From Bacillota bacterium (GTDB taxonomy: Bacteria > Bacillota > Ch66 > Ch109): a stretch of 64,000 bases of DNA. The notes under the pieces were generated by a model, which was not told the DNA's origin, searched no databases, and worked only from the letters and a program-made list of their open reading frames with translations. A program made the translations under genes and the position numbers. Below are positions 1 to 8,950 of this stretch, one piece after another (positions within the stretch are counted from its first letter, which is position 1; each line of letters opens with the position of its first letter). The stretch spans positions 224,001 to 288,000 of the forward strand of contig JBMNLH010000001.1 in NCBI GenBank assembly GCA_050952625.1. The letters run 5' to 3'.

Positions 1-2
1 AA

Positions 3-1064
3 ATCAATGAAGCCGTGACAATCCTGTCAGACGATTTTGACCATGACTTTCGGAGCAAACCATATTCTTTTCCGGGTCGGGCTTTGTTTATTGGTTTTGC
101 GGAAACAGCAACGGCACTTGGTCACGCGGTGTTTAACTCTTACGCCGGAGCAGTTCAGTATTTGCACACAACTCGAGAAAACTTGCTCGGGGCCCACGAT
201 ACTCTTTTTTTTACTGAAGATCACTGCCACGCCCCGGATCAGCGATGCCTGATTCCCGATTCCTCTCTGATGCAAGGGCATGACCTGGTAGTGTTGATTG
301 ACGACGAAATCACCTCAGGCAATACCGGCCTGAATATTATAAAAGCGATCCAACAAAAGTATCCTCAAAAAAAATATGTTATCTTGACGATTCTAGACTG
401 GCGTTCTCCGGCCGCGCAGGCTAAATACAAGTCAGCAGCCGAGGAACTAGGCGTAGAGATTAAGGTCGTTTCTCTGCTCAAAGGAAGGTTTTGGGCCGAG
501 GGCATGGCCCCGGTTATTAAAGAACCATTGATAACCGAGGCGAGTGGCGGGTCGGCACCGAGATACCTTGAGGAAAAAATGGGGTTGGAGATCAAGGCCC
601 CTTTAGTTGGTGGACCGGCCACCAATTATTTGGGTTATACCGGTCGGTTTGGCCTGAATGCCTGGCATAATAGCCGTTTATTGACGGAGGCCCGAGAAAT
701 TGGGCAGTGCTTGGCATCCCAAAGAAAGGGAAAAAGGACGCTCTGCTTGGGGACTGGCGAGTTTATGTATATACCTTTTTTAATTGCCAAATACATGGGT
801 GAAGGGATCCAGGTGCAATCAACGACGCGCAGTCCGGTACACCCCTGCCAAAGGGAGGATTACGCTGTTAAACAAGCCATCCGGTTTCGAGATCCCTTTA
901 TCCCAGAGGTAAAGAATTACGTCTATAATATCCCACCGAATCGTTATGACGAGGTTTTTGTGTTTTGGGAGAAAAAAGTGCTGGCCGAGCAAGTCGCCCC
1001 GTTTGTCCAAGCCATGGAGCAATTAGCGATAAACAACATTGTTTTTGTCAGTTTTTGTCACTAA
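3..1064 (+). CDS. Ter-associated phosphoribosyltransferase with TRSP-like C-terminal domain (5' partial)
   Basis: PRPP-binding motif VVLIDDEITSGNT, FAETATALGH, C-terminal LCLGTGEFMY...STTRSP; frame is open to the window edge; ter context. Confidence 0.85.
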   Translation: MNEAVTILSDDFDHDFRSKPYSFPGRALFIGFAETATALGHAVFNSYAGAVQYLHTTRENLLGAHDTLFFTEDHCHAPDQRCLIPDSSLMQGHDLVVLIDDEITSGNTGLNIIKAIQQKYPQKKYVILTILDWRSPAAQAKYKSAAEELGVEIKVVSLLKGRFWAEGMAPVIKEPLITEASGGSAPRYLEEKMGLEIKAPLVGGPATNYLGYTGRFGLNAWHNSRLLTEAREIGQCLASQRKGKRTLCLGTGEFMYIPFLIAKYMGEGIQVQSTTRSPVHPCQREDYAVKQAIRFRDPFIPEVKNYVYNIPPNRYDEVFVFWEKKVLAEQVAPFVQAMEQLAINNIVFVSFCH

Positions 1065-1076
1065 ATTCTGGGAGGG

Positions 1077-2255
1077 TTGGTTATTAATTCTGCATCTGAA
1101 CTAAGGATCCATGATCGCCTGCGAGATTATCCGCTCGTCCCAGATCCGCCGCATTTAGGCAGTTACTCGGCCCAGGATGTTGTTTTTTTGTTAAAGGATA
1201 TTGGTTCTGATGTTCAAGAACAGGGCAATGAGGAACGAGAGCGGGCGATTCAAAATGGGAAACATTACTCGGAAATGTTGCCAATCGAATATGAACCGAC
1301 GCCGGAATACCTTGATCTTTTCCACCAATCGTTACAAGAATCTGGCTATCGACTGGCCTTGGCCACAGCCATTGTCGCGGAAACTATCCTCAGTAAACGC
1401 GGCCACCACGTAGTGCTGGTTTCACTGGCGAGGGCCGGAACTCCAATTGGCATTCTCATCAAAAGATATCTTCTACAGTTTTATGGCCTCAACGTTCCGC
1501 ATTACAGCATTTCAATTATCCGGGATAAGGGTATTGACAAGCAGGCTTTGATCTATATCCTGCAGCGGTATCCCCGGAGCGCGATTCAGTTTATTGACGG
1601 TTGGACCGGTAAAGGAGCTATTGCCCGGGAACTGGTTAAATCGGTTCTTGATTTTGAGCAAGAGTTTGGTCTGCCGTCAGGGACAATTCCCAGGGATCTG
1701 GCGGTGCTGGCTGACCCGGGACACTGTGCCAACATTTTTGGCACCCGGGATGATTTTTTAATCCCGAGTGCCTGCTTGAATTCAACAGTCTCCGGCTTAA
1801 TGTCCAGAACCTTCTATCGGGAGGACCTGATTGGGCCTCAGGATTTTCACGGAGCGAAGTTTTACCGGGAACTCTTAGCTAAGGACCTATCCAATTATTT
1901 TGTGGATACCGTGGCCGGCTATTATGCGGCGGCGCAGCCGGCAGCCCGAAGTTTGCTGAAAAACAACCCGGATTATGGGGCGGATCAAAATCCCGCTTGG
2001 CTGGGCCAAAAAGACGCCCAAAAGATTCAAATGAAATACGGCCTTAGCAGCATCAACTATGTCAAACCGGGCGTAGGGGAAACTACGCGGGTGCTTTTGC
2101 GGCGTATCCCGTGGAAGGTCCTGGTTAAGGACCCCGCTAACCCTGATCTAAAACACATTCAGATACTGGCGGCGGACCGAGGGGTGCCGGTTGAAGAGTG
2201 TTCGGACCTGAGTTATTCCTGCTATGGTTTGATTAAGACCCTGGGGGATATGTAA
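1077..2255 (+). CDS. StiP-like ter-cluster protein (PRTase-like + PELOTA-type RNA-binding domain)
   Basis: GSYSAQDVVFLLK, HYSEMLPIEY, SLARAGTPIG, FIDGWTGKG, VKPGVGETTRVLLRR motifs typical of this family. Confidence 0.88.
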   Translation: MVINSASELRIHDRLRDYPLVPDPPHLGSYSAQDVVFLLKDIGSDVQEQGNEERERAIQNGKHYSEMLPIEYEPTPEYLDLFHQSLQESGYRLALATAIVAETILSKRGHHVVLVSLARAGTPIGILIKRYLLQFYGLNVPHYSISIIRDKGIDKQALIYILQRYPRSAIQFIDGWTGKGAIARELVKSVLDFEQEFGLPSGTIPRDLAVLADPGHCANIFGTRDDFLIPSACLNSTVSGLMSRTFYREDLIGPQDFHGAKFYRELLAKDLSNYFVDTVAGYYAAAQPAARSLLKNNPDYGADQNPAWLGQKDAQKIQMKYGLSSINYVKPGVGETTRVLLRRIPWKVLVKDPANPDLKHIQILAADRGVPVEECSDLSYSCYGLIKTLGDM

Positions 2256-3067
2256 TGATCTTTGCCAGTGATTTGGATCGGACCTTGATCTATTCAGAGA
2301 AGTTTTTACAAGGCTATGTTGGTCAGGTAAGAGCGGTTGAATCTGGCCAGTATAATTCTTACATGACCCAGCGGGCCACAGGGTTATTAAGACAGATCGC
2401 CCGTTGCCTGCTTTTTATCCCCTGCACTACCCGAACGATTGAACAATACCAGCGGATTCAATTCTTTCAAACGGAAGTAATCCCCCGTTATGCCTTGGCC
2501 AGTAATGGAGCTAATCTCCTGGTCGAGGGTGCTGTTGACCGCGTTTTCCAGAAAAGCATTTTTCACACCCTCGCCAACGAGTGCTTGGCTGGCCCGGAAA
2601 TAATTAAAGAATTTGGCCGGTTGGCCAGTGCGGAATGGACGCAGCCGCTGCGTGAGGCTGATGGAGTTTTTTACTACTGCGTCATTGACCGAACCAAAGC
2701 ACCGCGGCAAGAGTTAGCCCGGTTCAGGGACTGGGCCCGCAAACAAAACTGGGAGCTGTCAATTCAGGGGAGAAAACTCTATTTAGTGCCGGCGGTGATC
2801 AACAAGGGAACAGCCTTAAAGCGCATGGCAGAAATAACCGGGGATGACCGGATTATTAGCGTCGGGGATTCTTTGCTCGACTTACCGCTTCTCTTAGAAG
2901 CTGAATATGCCATTTCCCCGGCCCACGGTGAATTATACGAGGAATTATACGAGCAGTTTGCCAATTCCGGTCGCTGGAAGTTTACCGAAGTATCCGGGAT
3001 AGGAGCCGGCGAAGAAATATTAGAGTTAGCTTTAGACTACGCTGGATTTAGAACAAGCTGGATCTAG
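2255..3067 (+). CDS. HAD-superfamily hydrolase, ter-associated
   Basis: Motif I DLDRTL, TTR, INKG, GDSLLD; TAATG overlap with upstream gene. Confidence 0.88.
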   Translation: MIFASDLDRTLIYSEKFLQGYVGQVRAVESGQYNSYMTQRATGLLRQIARCLLFIPCTTRTIEQYQRIQFFQTEVIPRYALASNGANLLVEGAVDRVFQKSIFHTLANECLAGPEIIKEFGRLASAEWTQPLREADGVFYYCVIDRTKAPRQELARFRDWARKQNWELSIQGRKLYLVPAVINKGTALKRMAEITGDDRIISVGDSLLDLPLLLEAEYAISPAHGELYEELYEQFANSGRWKFTEVSGIGAGEEILELALDYAGFRTSWI

Positions 3068-3145
3068 AACAAATTCAAGGCAACATTAAAACCATTAATT
3101 GACAGTATTTGCAAGGTAATAGCATATTTCTTGTAGTTTATGTTA

Positions 3146-3257
3146 TTTTCATCCGTGGCTGTGCCTAGCGGGCATGGGCGGTTAATAGAAAATAAGTTAT
3201 GAGCCAAAACCAATTATTTGCTTTGGCGATTGTGCCTAGCAGGCATTGATGGCTAAT
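3146..3257 (+). repeat. Two copies of hairpin repeat module C (TTTTCAT..GTGG.TGTGCC-loop-GGCATGGG.GTTAAT)
   Basis: gtgcctagcgggcatggg at 3161 and gtgcctagcaggcattg at 3233; related copies at 26552, 28289, 31113, 45470, 59072, 63572. Confidence 0.7.
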
Positions 3258-3282
3258 AAAGAATGAGGAGAGGGGTCGGATA

Positions 3283-3966
3283 ATGAAACACCAAATTTTA
3301 TACCCGGGTGCATTCCCCTTAGTACAAATCAATCTGGAACACGGCGAGATGATTAAGGCAGAATCTGACGCCATGGTAGCTATGTCGAACACGGTTGATG
3401 TAGAAGGCAAGATGGATGGCGGGCTGCTCGGAGGACTGGCTCGGATGGTGGCGGGAGAAAGCTTTTTCTTTCAGACTCTCACTGCTCGTCGGGGCCCGGG
3501 GGAGGTCTTATTGGCCCCTGCAATCCCGGGTGACGTTATTGATGTGGAACTGGATGGTTCTTACAGTCTGGTCGTTCAAAAAGACGGGTTTTTAGCCGGC
3601 TCGGCTGACCTTCAAGTTTCGACCAAAATGCAGAACCTAGCGCAGGGAATATTCTCCGGGGAAGGTTTTTTTGTGGTTAAGGTAAGTGGAAAAGGACTGG
3701 TGTTCCTCAATACCTACGGGGGCATCCACATCATTAATCTCGAGCCCGGTCAGGAGTATATTGTGGATAATAGTCATCTGGTTGCTTGGCCGGAATACAT
3801 GAATTATACCATTGAAAAAGCCTCCAGCGGGTGGATTTCGACTTTTACTTCGGGTGAGGTAGCTGTGTGTCGGTTCCGGGGACCAGGGCCGGTCATTATC
3901 CAAACGAGAAACCCTGGAGGATTTGGCAATTGGCTACGCCAATTCATTCCCCAAGGGAGACGCTAG
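3283..3966 (+). CDS. AIM24 / TIGR00266 family protein
   Basis: AESDAMVAMS, GESFF, GEGFF, IVDNSHLVAW, SGEVAVCRFRGPG..QTRN; typical ter-cluster associate. Confidence 0.9.
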   Translation: MKHQILYPGAFPLVQINLEHGEMIKAESDAMVAMSNTVDVEGKMDGGLLGGLARMVAGESFFFQTLTARRGPGEVLLAPAIPGDVIDVELDGSYSLVVQKDGFLAGSADLQVSTKMQNLAQGIFSGEGFFVVKVSGKGLVFLNTYGGIHIINLEPGQEYIVDNSHLVAWPEYMNYTIEKASSGWISTFTSGEVAVCRFRGPGPVIIQTRNPGGFGNWLRQFIPQGRR

Positions 3967-4095
3967 TAAACTTGATGTGAAATTACTTACTTGGTTGTCG
4001 GTTATTGTGTTGGTCACTGTCTGACAGCCGGACCGACGTTGACTGCTTAGTTTACCGCTTACATTTTATTATTTTTGAAAGGGAGGGTGTAGTCA

Positions 4096-5391
4096 ATGCT
4101 GGTTACGAGGGGACAGAAAGCGGACCTGACCAAAAAGTATCCCGGTTTGACTGAAGTTATTATCGAAATGGGTTGGGATAATGGTGGAAGGAATATCGAG
4201 ATTGATGCAGCGGCCTTTATGCTCCAGGGTAACGGCAAGTGTCGGGGAGATGAGGATTTTATCTTTTACGGGAACCCAACTGGCCGAAACGGAGGAGTAC
4301 AGATCCAAAATGCCGCGGCTCCCGGTACGGCTAAGATAAAGATCAACTTAAACACCGTTCCTCCTGATGTGGCCAAGATTGCGTTTACCCTTACTATTTA
4401 TGAAGGTCCCCAAAGAGGGCATTCTTTTGGCCAGGTGCCAAGTGCTTACCTGCGAGTTGCTAATCTCGGGAACGAGGAACTGCTTCGCTTTAATATGGGC
4501 CGAGAATTTCAGACCGAAACAGCCATTGTGGTGGCTGAGCTTTATCGACATAGCGGAGAATGGAAGTTAAACTCGATTGCGATGGGTTATCAGGGTGGTC
4601 TGGCGGCATTGTGTGGTGGTTTTGGGATTGTGGTGGATAATAACCAGACAGCTAACCCGGCTCCTCAGAAATCACCAGCCCCGACAATCAAATCCCCAAG
4701 CCGTTCCGAACCCCAGGCCTCGCCTCAGGCCTTGCCTCAGGCTTCACCCCAGGCCTCACCTCAGCCCAAGCTTAACCTGAGCAAAATTGAGTTAAAGAAA
4801 AAGGGCGATAAGATCAACCTGGAGAAAAAGGCCAATAACAAATTGGGCGAGATTTTGATCAATCTGAATTGGAACCAAAAGGCCCAACCTACCGGCTTTT
4901 TTGGGTCCCTGCTGGGCGGCAACAAAGGGATTGATCTTGATCTCGGCTGCCTGATTGAGATGCGGAATGGGGATAAAGGAGTTATCCAAGCCCTCGGCAA
5001 ATCTTTTGGTTCTTATCATACTTATCCCTATATTGCACTGGATGGTGATGATCGAACCGGGGCGGTGGCGTCCGGGGAAAATATCCGGATTAACGGCGAC
5101 CATATCCCGGAGTTTAAGCGAATACTTGTGTTTACCTTTATTTATGAAGGGGCGACCAACTGGGCTGAAGCCGATGGGGTGGTCACTATCAAACAGCCGG
5201 GCGGCCCGGATATTGTGGTGAAACTGGACGAGCATGATAATCGCAAAAACATGTGCGCCATTGCCTTAATCGAAAACATGAATAATGAGACCTTTAGCAT
5301 AGAACGCCTGGTTCGTTATTTCCCCGGGCACAGACAGATGGATGAAGCCTTTAGGTGGGGCCTGCGCTGGAAAGCGGGTCGTAAAGATTAG
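4096..5391 (+). CDS. TerD-TerA family two-domain stress protein
   Basis: N-terminal TerD (DAAAFML..DFIFYGN..ELYRHSGEWK), PQAS-repeat linker, C-terminal TerA-like (DLDLGCL, LDGDDRTG, W.AGRKD). Confidence 0.88.
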   Translation: MLVTRGQKADLTKKYPGLTEVIIEMGWDNGGRNIEIDAAAFMLQGNGKCRGDEDFIFYGNPTGRNGGVQIQNAAAPGTAKIKINLNTVPPDVAKIAFTLTIYEGPQRGHSFGQVPSAYLRVANLGNEELLRFNMGREFQTETAIVVAELYRHSGEWKLNSIAMGYQGGLAALCGGFGIVVDNNQTANPAPQKSPAPTIKSPSRSEPQASPQALPQASPQASPQPKLNLSKIELKKKGDKINLEKKANNKLGEILINLNWNQKAQPTGFFGSLLGGNKGIDLDLGCLIEMRNGDKGVIQALGKSFGSYHTYPYIALDGDDRTGAVASGENIRINGDHIPEFKRILVFTFIYEGATNWAEADGVVTIKQPGGPDIVVKLDEHDNRKNMCAIALIENMNNETFSIERLVRYFPGHRQMDEAFRWGLRWKAGRKD

Positions 5392-5400
5392 TGTGTGGTG

Positions 5401-5435
5401 GTGAGGAGTGAGGTGTGAGGAGTGAGGTGTGAGGT
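5401..5435 (+). repeat. Heptamer tandem repeat (GTGAGGW)x5
   Basis: gtgagga gtgaggt gtgagga gtgaggt gtgaggt just after the stop codon; same unit at 14722-14749. Confidence 0.85.
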
Positions 5436-5533
5436 GCCAAACGTTTAATGTTAGAAGCAGCACATCAAACGTGGGATATTGAAGGTTAACGATTCGAATA
5501 AAGAACGGTCATTTTATGGTAAAGGAGATTGAT

Positions 5534-6550
5534 ATGGGTTTTCGGTTTTTCAAACGGATTAAGCTAATGCCGGGAGTGACGATGAACCTCAGCAAATCAG
5601 CCCCCTCTTTTTCCTTTGGCCCCCGGGGGATGAAGTATACCGTTGGGGCCTCGGGAACCCGCACCACTCTGGGGATACCCGGCACTGGCCTGTATTATAC
5701 CAAGCTCAACAGTCGGAAAAAGAAAAACCAAGATCAAGCACCACCTCCCCCCCAATCGCTCGCTGAAGCAGGCTTCTTTCGTCAGCTTTTTAGTTCACCG
5801 GAAGAAAAAAGCTTGCTTCAAGGAATGAGAAAATTTTTGGAAGGGAATCAAGCCGAAGCCTACCAGGTTTTGCAGCAGAATGCCAATTCAGTCGACAGTC
5901 AGTTTATGTGTGGCTTTATCGCCCTAGGTCAAAAGAAATATGAGCAGGCGGAAAGGCATTTTCGGTTTTGCCAGCAACGACTTGGTGAATTAGGCCAAAC
6001 CATCAAGAAGCTGGGCGGGGATTTTGAGATGCTTCTGGAAGTAACCGAATTTATTGAGGCACCGGTGTTGGCGGACCAAAGAGGCCTGACCCTGGCCATG
6101 GTGGAAGCCTACCAGCACCAAGACAAATATCAGCTGGCTCTGCAGACCTTAACCGAGATCTGGAACAGCAACCCGAGCGATAAGGTGATTTTGCTGTCAT
6201 TGACTGACCTGGTGGCCAATTCGCTGTCGTGTACCAACGAGGAATTAAAAGAGATTGCCGAACTTACCAGTGATGTAGAAAACCAGGAACCGATTGATGC
6301 TAATATTCTTTATTTGCGGGCCTATGTTTTATATCGGCTGGGATTAAAAGATGCGGCGATCAAACTAATGGGGGCGGTTGCGCGCAAGAAAAAGGACCGG
6401 CCCCGTGAACTGCTGCTCTGCGCCAAGTACATGCGGGGGCAGATGTATGAGGAGATAGGCGAAACCAAAAAGGCCAACAAAGATTATCAGGAGGTTTATG
6501 CTGAGGACCCGCAGTTTGAAGATGTCGCGGCAAAACTCGGTTTAAGCTGA
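5534..6550 (+). CDS. DUF4236 domain + TPR-repeat protein
   Basis: MGFRFFKRIKLMPGVTMNLSKS...GIPGTGLYY (DUF4236 pattern) then TPR-like helices; RBS AAAGGAG favours start 5534 over 5516. Confidence 0.82.
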   Translation: MGFRFFKRIKLMPGVTMNLSKSAPSFSFGPRGMKYTVGASGTRTTLGIPGTGLYYTKLNSRKKKNQDQAPPPPQSLAEAGFFRQLFSSPEEKSLLQGMRKFLEGNQAEAYQVLQQNANSVDSQFMCGFIALGQKKYEQAERHFRFCQQRLGELGQTIKKLGGDFEMLLEVTEFIEAPVLADQRGLTLAMVEAYQHQDKYQLALQTLTEIWNSNPSDKVILLSLTDLVANSLSCTNEELKEIAELTSDVENQEPIDANILYLRAYVLYRLGLKDAAIKLMGAVARKKKDRPRELLLCAKYMRGQMYEEIGETKKANKDYQEVYAEDPQFEDVAAKLGLS

Positions 6551-6565
6551 CTGATTTTGAATCAC

Positions 6566-6646
6566 AAGACTCCTGCATTTATTAGCGGAGGTTACCTTTT
6601 AAACTTCAGGTGAAGTAGAGTCTCTGCCTGAAGCCTCCAGGTTCAA
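6566..6646 (+). mobile_element. IS200/IS605-type end remnant (short palindromic non-autonomous element)
   Basis: aagactcctgcatttattagcggaggttacc, cttcagg..cctgaag hairpin, ends ggttcaa; homologous to 44069-44136. Confidence 0.5.
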
Positions 6647-6696
6647 AGAAGTTGAACGAGTTTACTTGATAATTTATAACGTAAGGGGGATTTTTC

Positions 6697-7356
6697 ATGT
6701 TTGATGAAATGGAAGGCGCAACTAGAAGACTGCCTGTGTATCTGCTATTAGATCGTTCTGGTTCGATGTTTGGGGAACCGATTGAGGCTGTTAAGCAAGG
6801 CATTAAGTATCTGGTTTCCTCCTTGAAAAAGGAACCCCAAGCGATTGAAACAGCTTACTTGTCGGTAATCTCCTTTGGCAGTGATGCCCGGCAGGACGTC
6901 CCTTTAACGGAACTGTCTTTATTTAAGGAGCCTAACCTGGAGGCTAATGGGACTACCTCGCTGGGTGAAGCCTTGAAAATTCTAAACCGCTGCTTAGAGA
7001 CTGAAGTAAAGAAGTCTTCCCCCACGCAAAAAGGCGATTACAAACCGCTGGTGTTCGTGATGACTGATGGGGAACCCACGGATGCCTGGGAAGGCCCGGC
7101 TCAAGAGATTAAGAAAAAGGCGGGTAAGTTAGCGAATATTGTGGCAGTAGGCTGCGGTCCGCACGTAAACACAGCGACCTTGAAGCAAATTACCGAGATC
7201 GTCCTGATGATGTCCTCTTATCAGCCAGATGATTTTAATCAGTTCTTCCGCTGGGTATCCCAATCGGTTAAACAGGCTAGTATCAAATTCACCAAGGACA
7301 GTGATCAGCCAACTAACCTGCCGGCACCACCGCCGACCATTCAAATAATACCTTAG
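6697..7356 (+). CDS. terY: TerY vWA-domain protein
   Basis: RRLPVYLLLDRSGSM (MIDAS), DYKPLVFVMTDGEPTD, FFRWVSQS, LPAPPP terminus. Confidence 0.9.
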   Translation: MFDEMEGATRRLPVYLLLDRSGSMFGEPIEAVKQGIKYLVSSLKKEPQAIETAYLSVISFGSDARQDVPLTELSLFKEPNLEANGTTSLGEALKILNRCLETEVKKSSPTQKGDYKPLVFVMTDGEPTDAWEGPAQEIKKKAGKLANIVAVGCGPHVNTATLKQITEIVLMMSSYQPDDFNQFFRWVSQSVKQASIKFTKDSDQPTNLPAPPPTIQIIP

Positions 7357-7418
7357 TTCTTTGGATCAAGGGCCTCTTGCTAAATGAAGGAGGCCTTCCG
7401 CATAAGGGAGGCGGAGAC

Positions 7419-8945
7419 ATGGGGTTACAAGCACAAATTTCAAAGAGCTGCCGAGTTGGTGTTAAAGATGAATTATTATCCCTGGGTTTTTTGATAGTCG
7501 AGACTGAGGAACATCTGCTGGTTAACGCCAATGATGCTGAGCATCAGCAGTTAATTGACCGGCTGAATTCCCGCCAGATAACGCTGGAACAATTTATGAT
7601 CGAGGCTAAGCAAAGGTTTGGTCCGGACAAATCGAACTGCAAACCGGATGGTCGGCCCAAAATCCGGATTAATAATCAGCTAATAGAACAGAGAATAATC
7701 AAAAAAGGACAGGTTCAAGATCTTGAACCAATCTTTATTGGTACGGACCCGACGAGCGGCGGGTTTATGCTCCAAAAATTGGAGACGGCTGAGCTTGGTC
7801 AATTCCTCTCTCATCCCAGTGAACTAACCGGCAAAGCAGAAGGTCCGGATGGTTTTTCTGCACCGAAGGGGACGGAAGCCCGGGCCGAGGGAAAGATCGG
7901 TTTGACAGGGGACCAGGATACTCCTGGTTTAAGGGTGGCCAAAACCAGGCTTGAGGAAAATGCTGAACAAATCCCCGAGCGTCACGAAAGCCCCGAAGGT
8001 CACGAAGGTCACGAAAGCCGCGAAGGTCACGAATTTTCAGAACTTCACGAAGCTAAGCACGAACAGGTTGAGGAAGTAATTGTTCCGCAGTGGAAAAACC
8101 TTCCCCCAACCGACCTGGAGGATTGGGTGGAAGTTAATGTTTCAGCCTACCAGGAACGCCCGGATGGCTGGGCCGTAGCGGCCGCCAGTCGCCGAGGGAA
8201 AATTCACGCCCATGAAGGCAGTCACCGGGACGATGCCTTTGCGGTGGGATTTCAAGAAGGCTGGAGCATTATCGTTGCAGCCGATGGGGCTGGTTCCTAC
8301 AAGTTATCCCGCGTCGGGGCTAAACTTAGCTGCCAGGTCGTGGTGGATAACCTGAAAATATTGTTGCGAGACTTTAAATTGAAAGAGATAGAAGGGGCGG
8401 CCCTTCCAGAAGAAGCCGACCTGATTAAAATAAAACTGTTCCTTACCGATAGTATTCAAAAGGCAATTAAAGCGGTTAAGGCTGAAGCCGCTAAAAGGAA
8501 GGTTGAGTTTGAGTTTTTCTCCACCACGGTTCTGACTGCGCTAACCCACAAGTGGCTGGATAAATGTCTCGTCGCTAGCATTCAAGTCGGTGATGGAGCT
8601 ATCGTGGTCTGGCATGGCGGCGATAAGGTGGCCATTTTAGGCCAAGCTGATAGTGGTGATTATGCTGGGGAAACAAAGTTTATTACCTCTAAAGGTATTG
8701 AGGATGAACTGGAGCACAAAGTTTTTTTTACCATCAAGTCCGATGTTGATGCGGTGGCGGTGATGACAGATGGGGTGGCTGACGATTTTTTCCCGGCGGA
8801 AACAGTAATGCCCAAAATGCTGGCGCATGTCTATAATGAACTGATCGGATCGGAAAAACCCGATGAGGAGCTGTTGAACTGGTTGTCCTACGAACGCAGA
8901 GGTTCTTTTGATGACCGTACGCTGGTGGTTCTTCATAGGAGGTAG
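7419..8945 (+). CDS. PP2C-family phosphatase of the TerY-P triad with long N-terminal extension
   Basis: SRRGKIHAHEGSHRDD, AADGAGS, QVGDG, MTDGVADD, DDRT; RBS GGAGG before ATG 7419. Confidence 0.87.
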   Translation: MGLQAQISKSCRVGVKDELLSLGFLIVETEEHLLVNANDAEHQQLIDRLNSRQITLEQFMIEAKQRFGPDKSNCKPDGRPKIRINNQLIEQRIIKKGQVQDLEPIFIGTDPTSGGFMLQKLETAELGQFLSHPSELTGKAEGPDGFSAPKGTEARAEGKIGLTGDQDTPGLRVAKTRLEENAEQIPERHESPEGHEGHESREGHEFSELHEAKHEQVEEVIVPQWKNLPPTDLEDWVEVNVSAYQERPDGWAVAAASRRGKIHAHEGSHRDDAFAVGFQEGWSIIVAADGAGSYKLSRVGAKLSCQVVVDNLKILLRDFKLKEIEGAALPEEADLIKIKLFLTDSIQKAIKAVKAEAAKRKVEFEFFSTTVLTALTHKWLDKCLVASIQVGDGAIVVWHGGDKVAILGQADSGDYAGETKFITSKGIEDELEHKVFFTIKSDVDAVAVMTDGVADDFFPAETVMPKMLAHVYNELIGSEKPDEELLNWLSYERRGSFDDRTLVVLHRR

Positions 8946-8950
8946 TGGGG

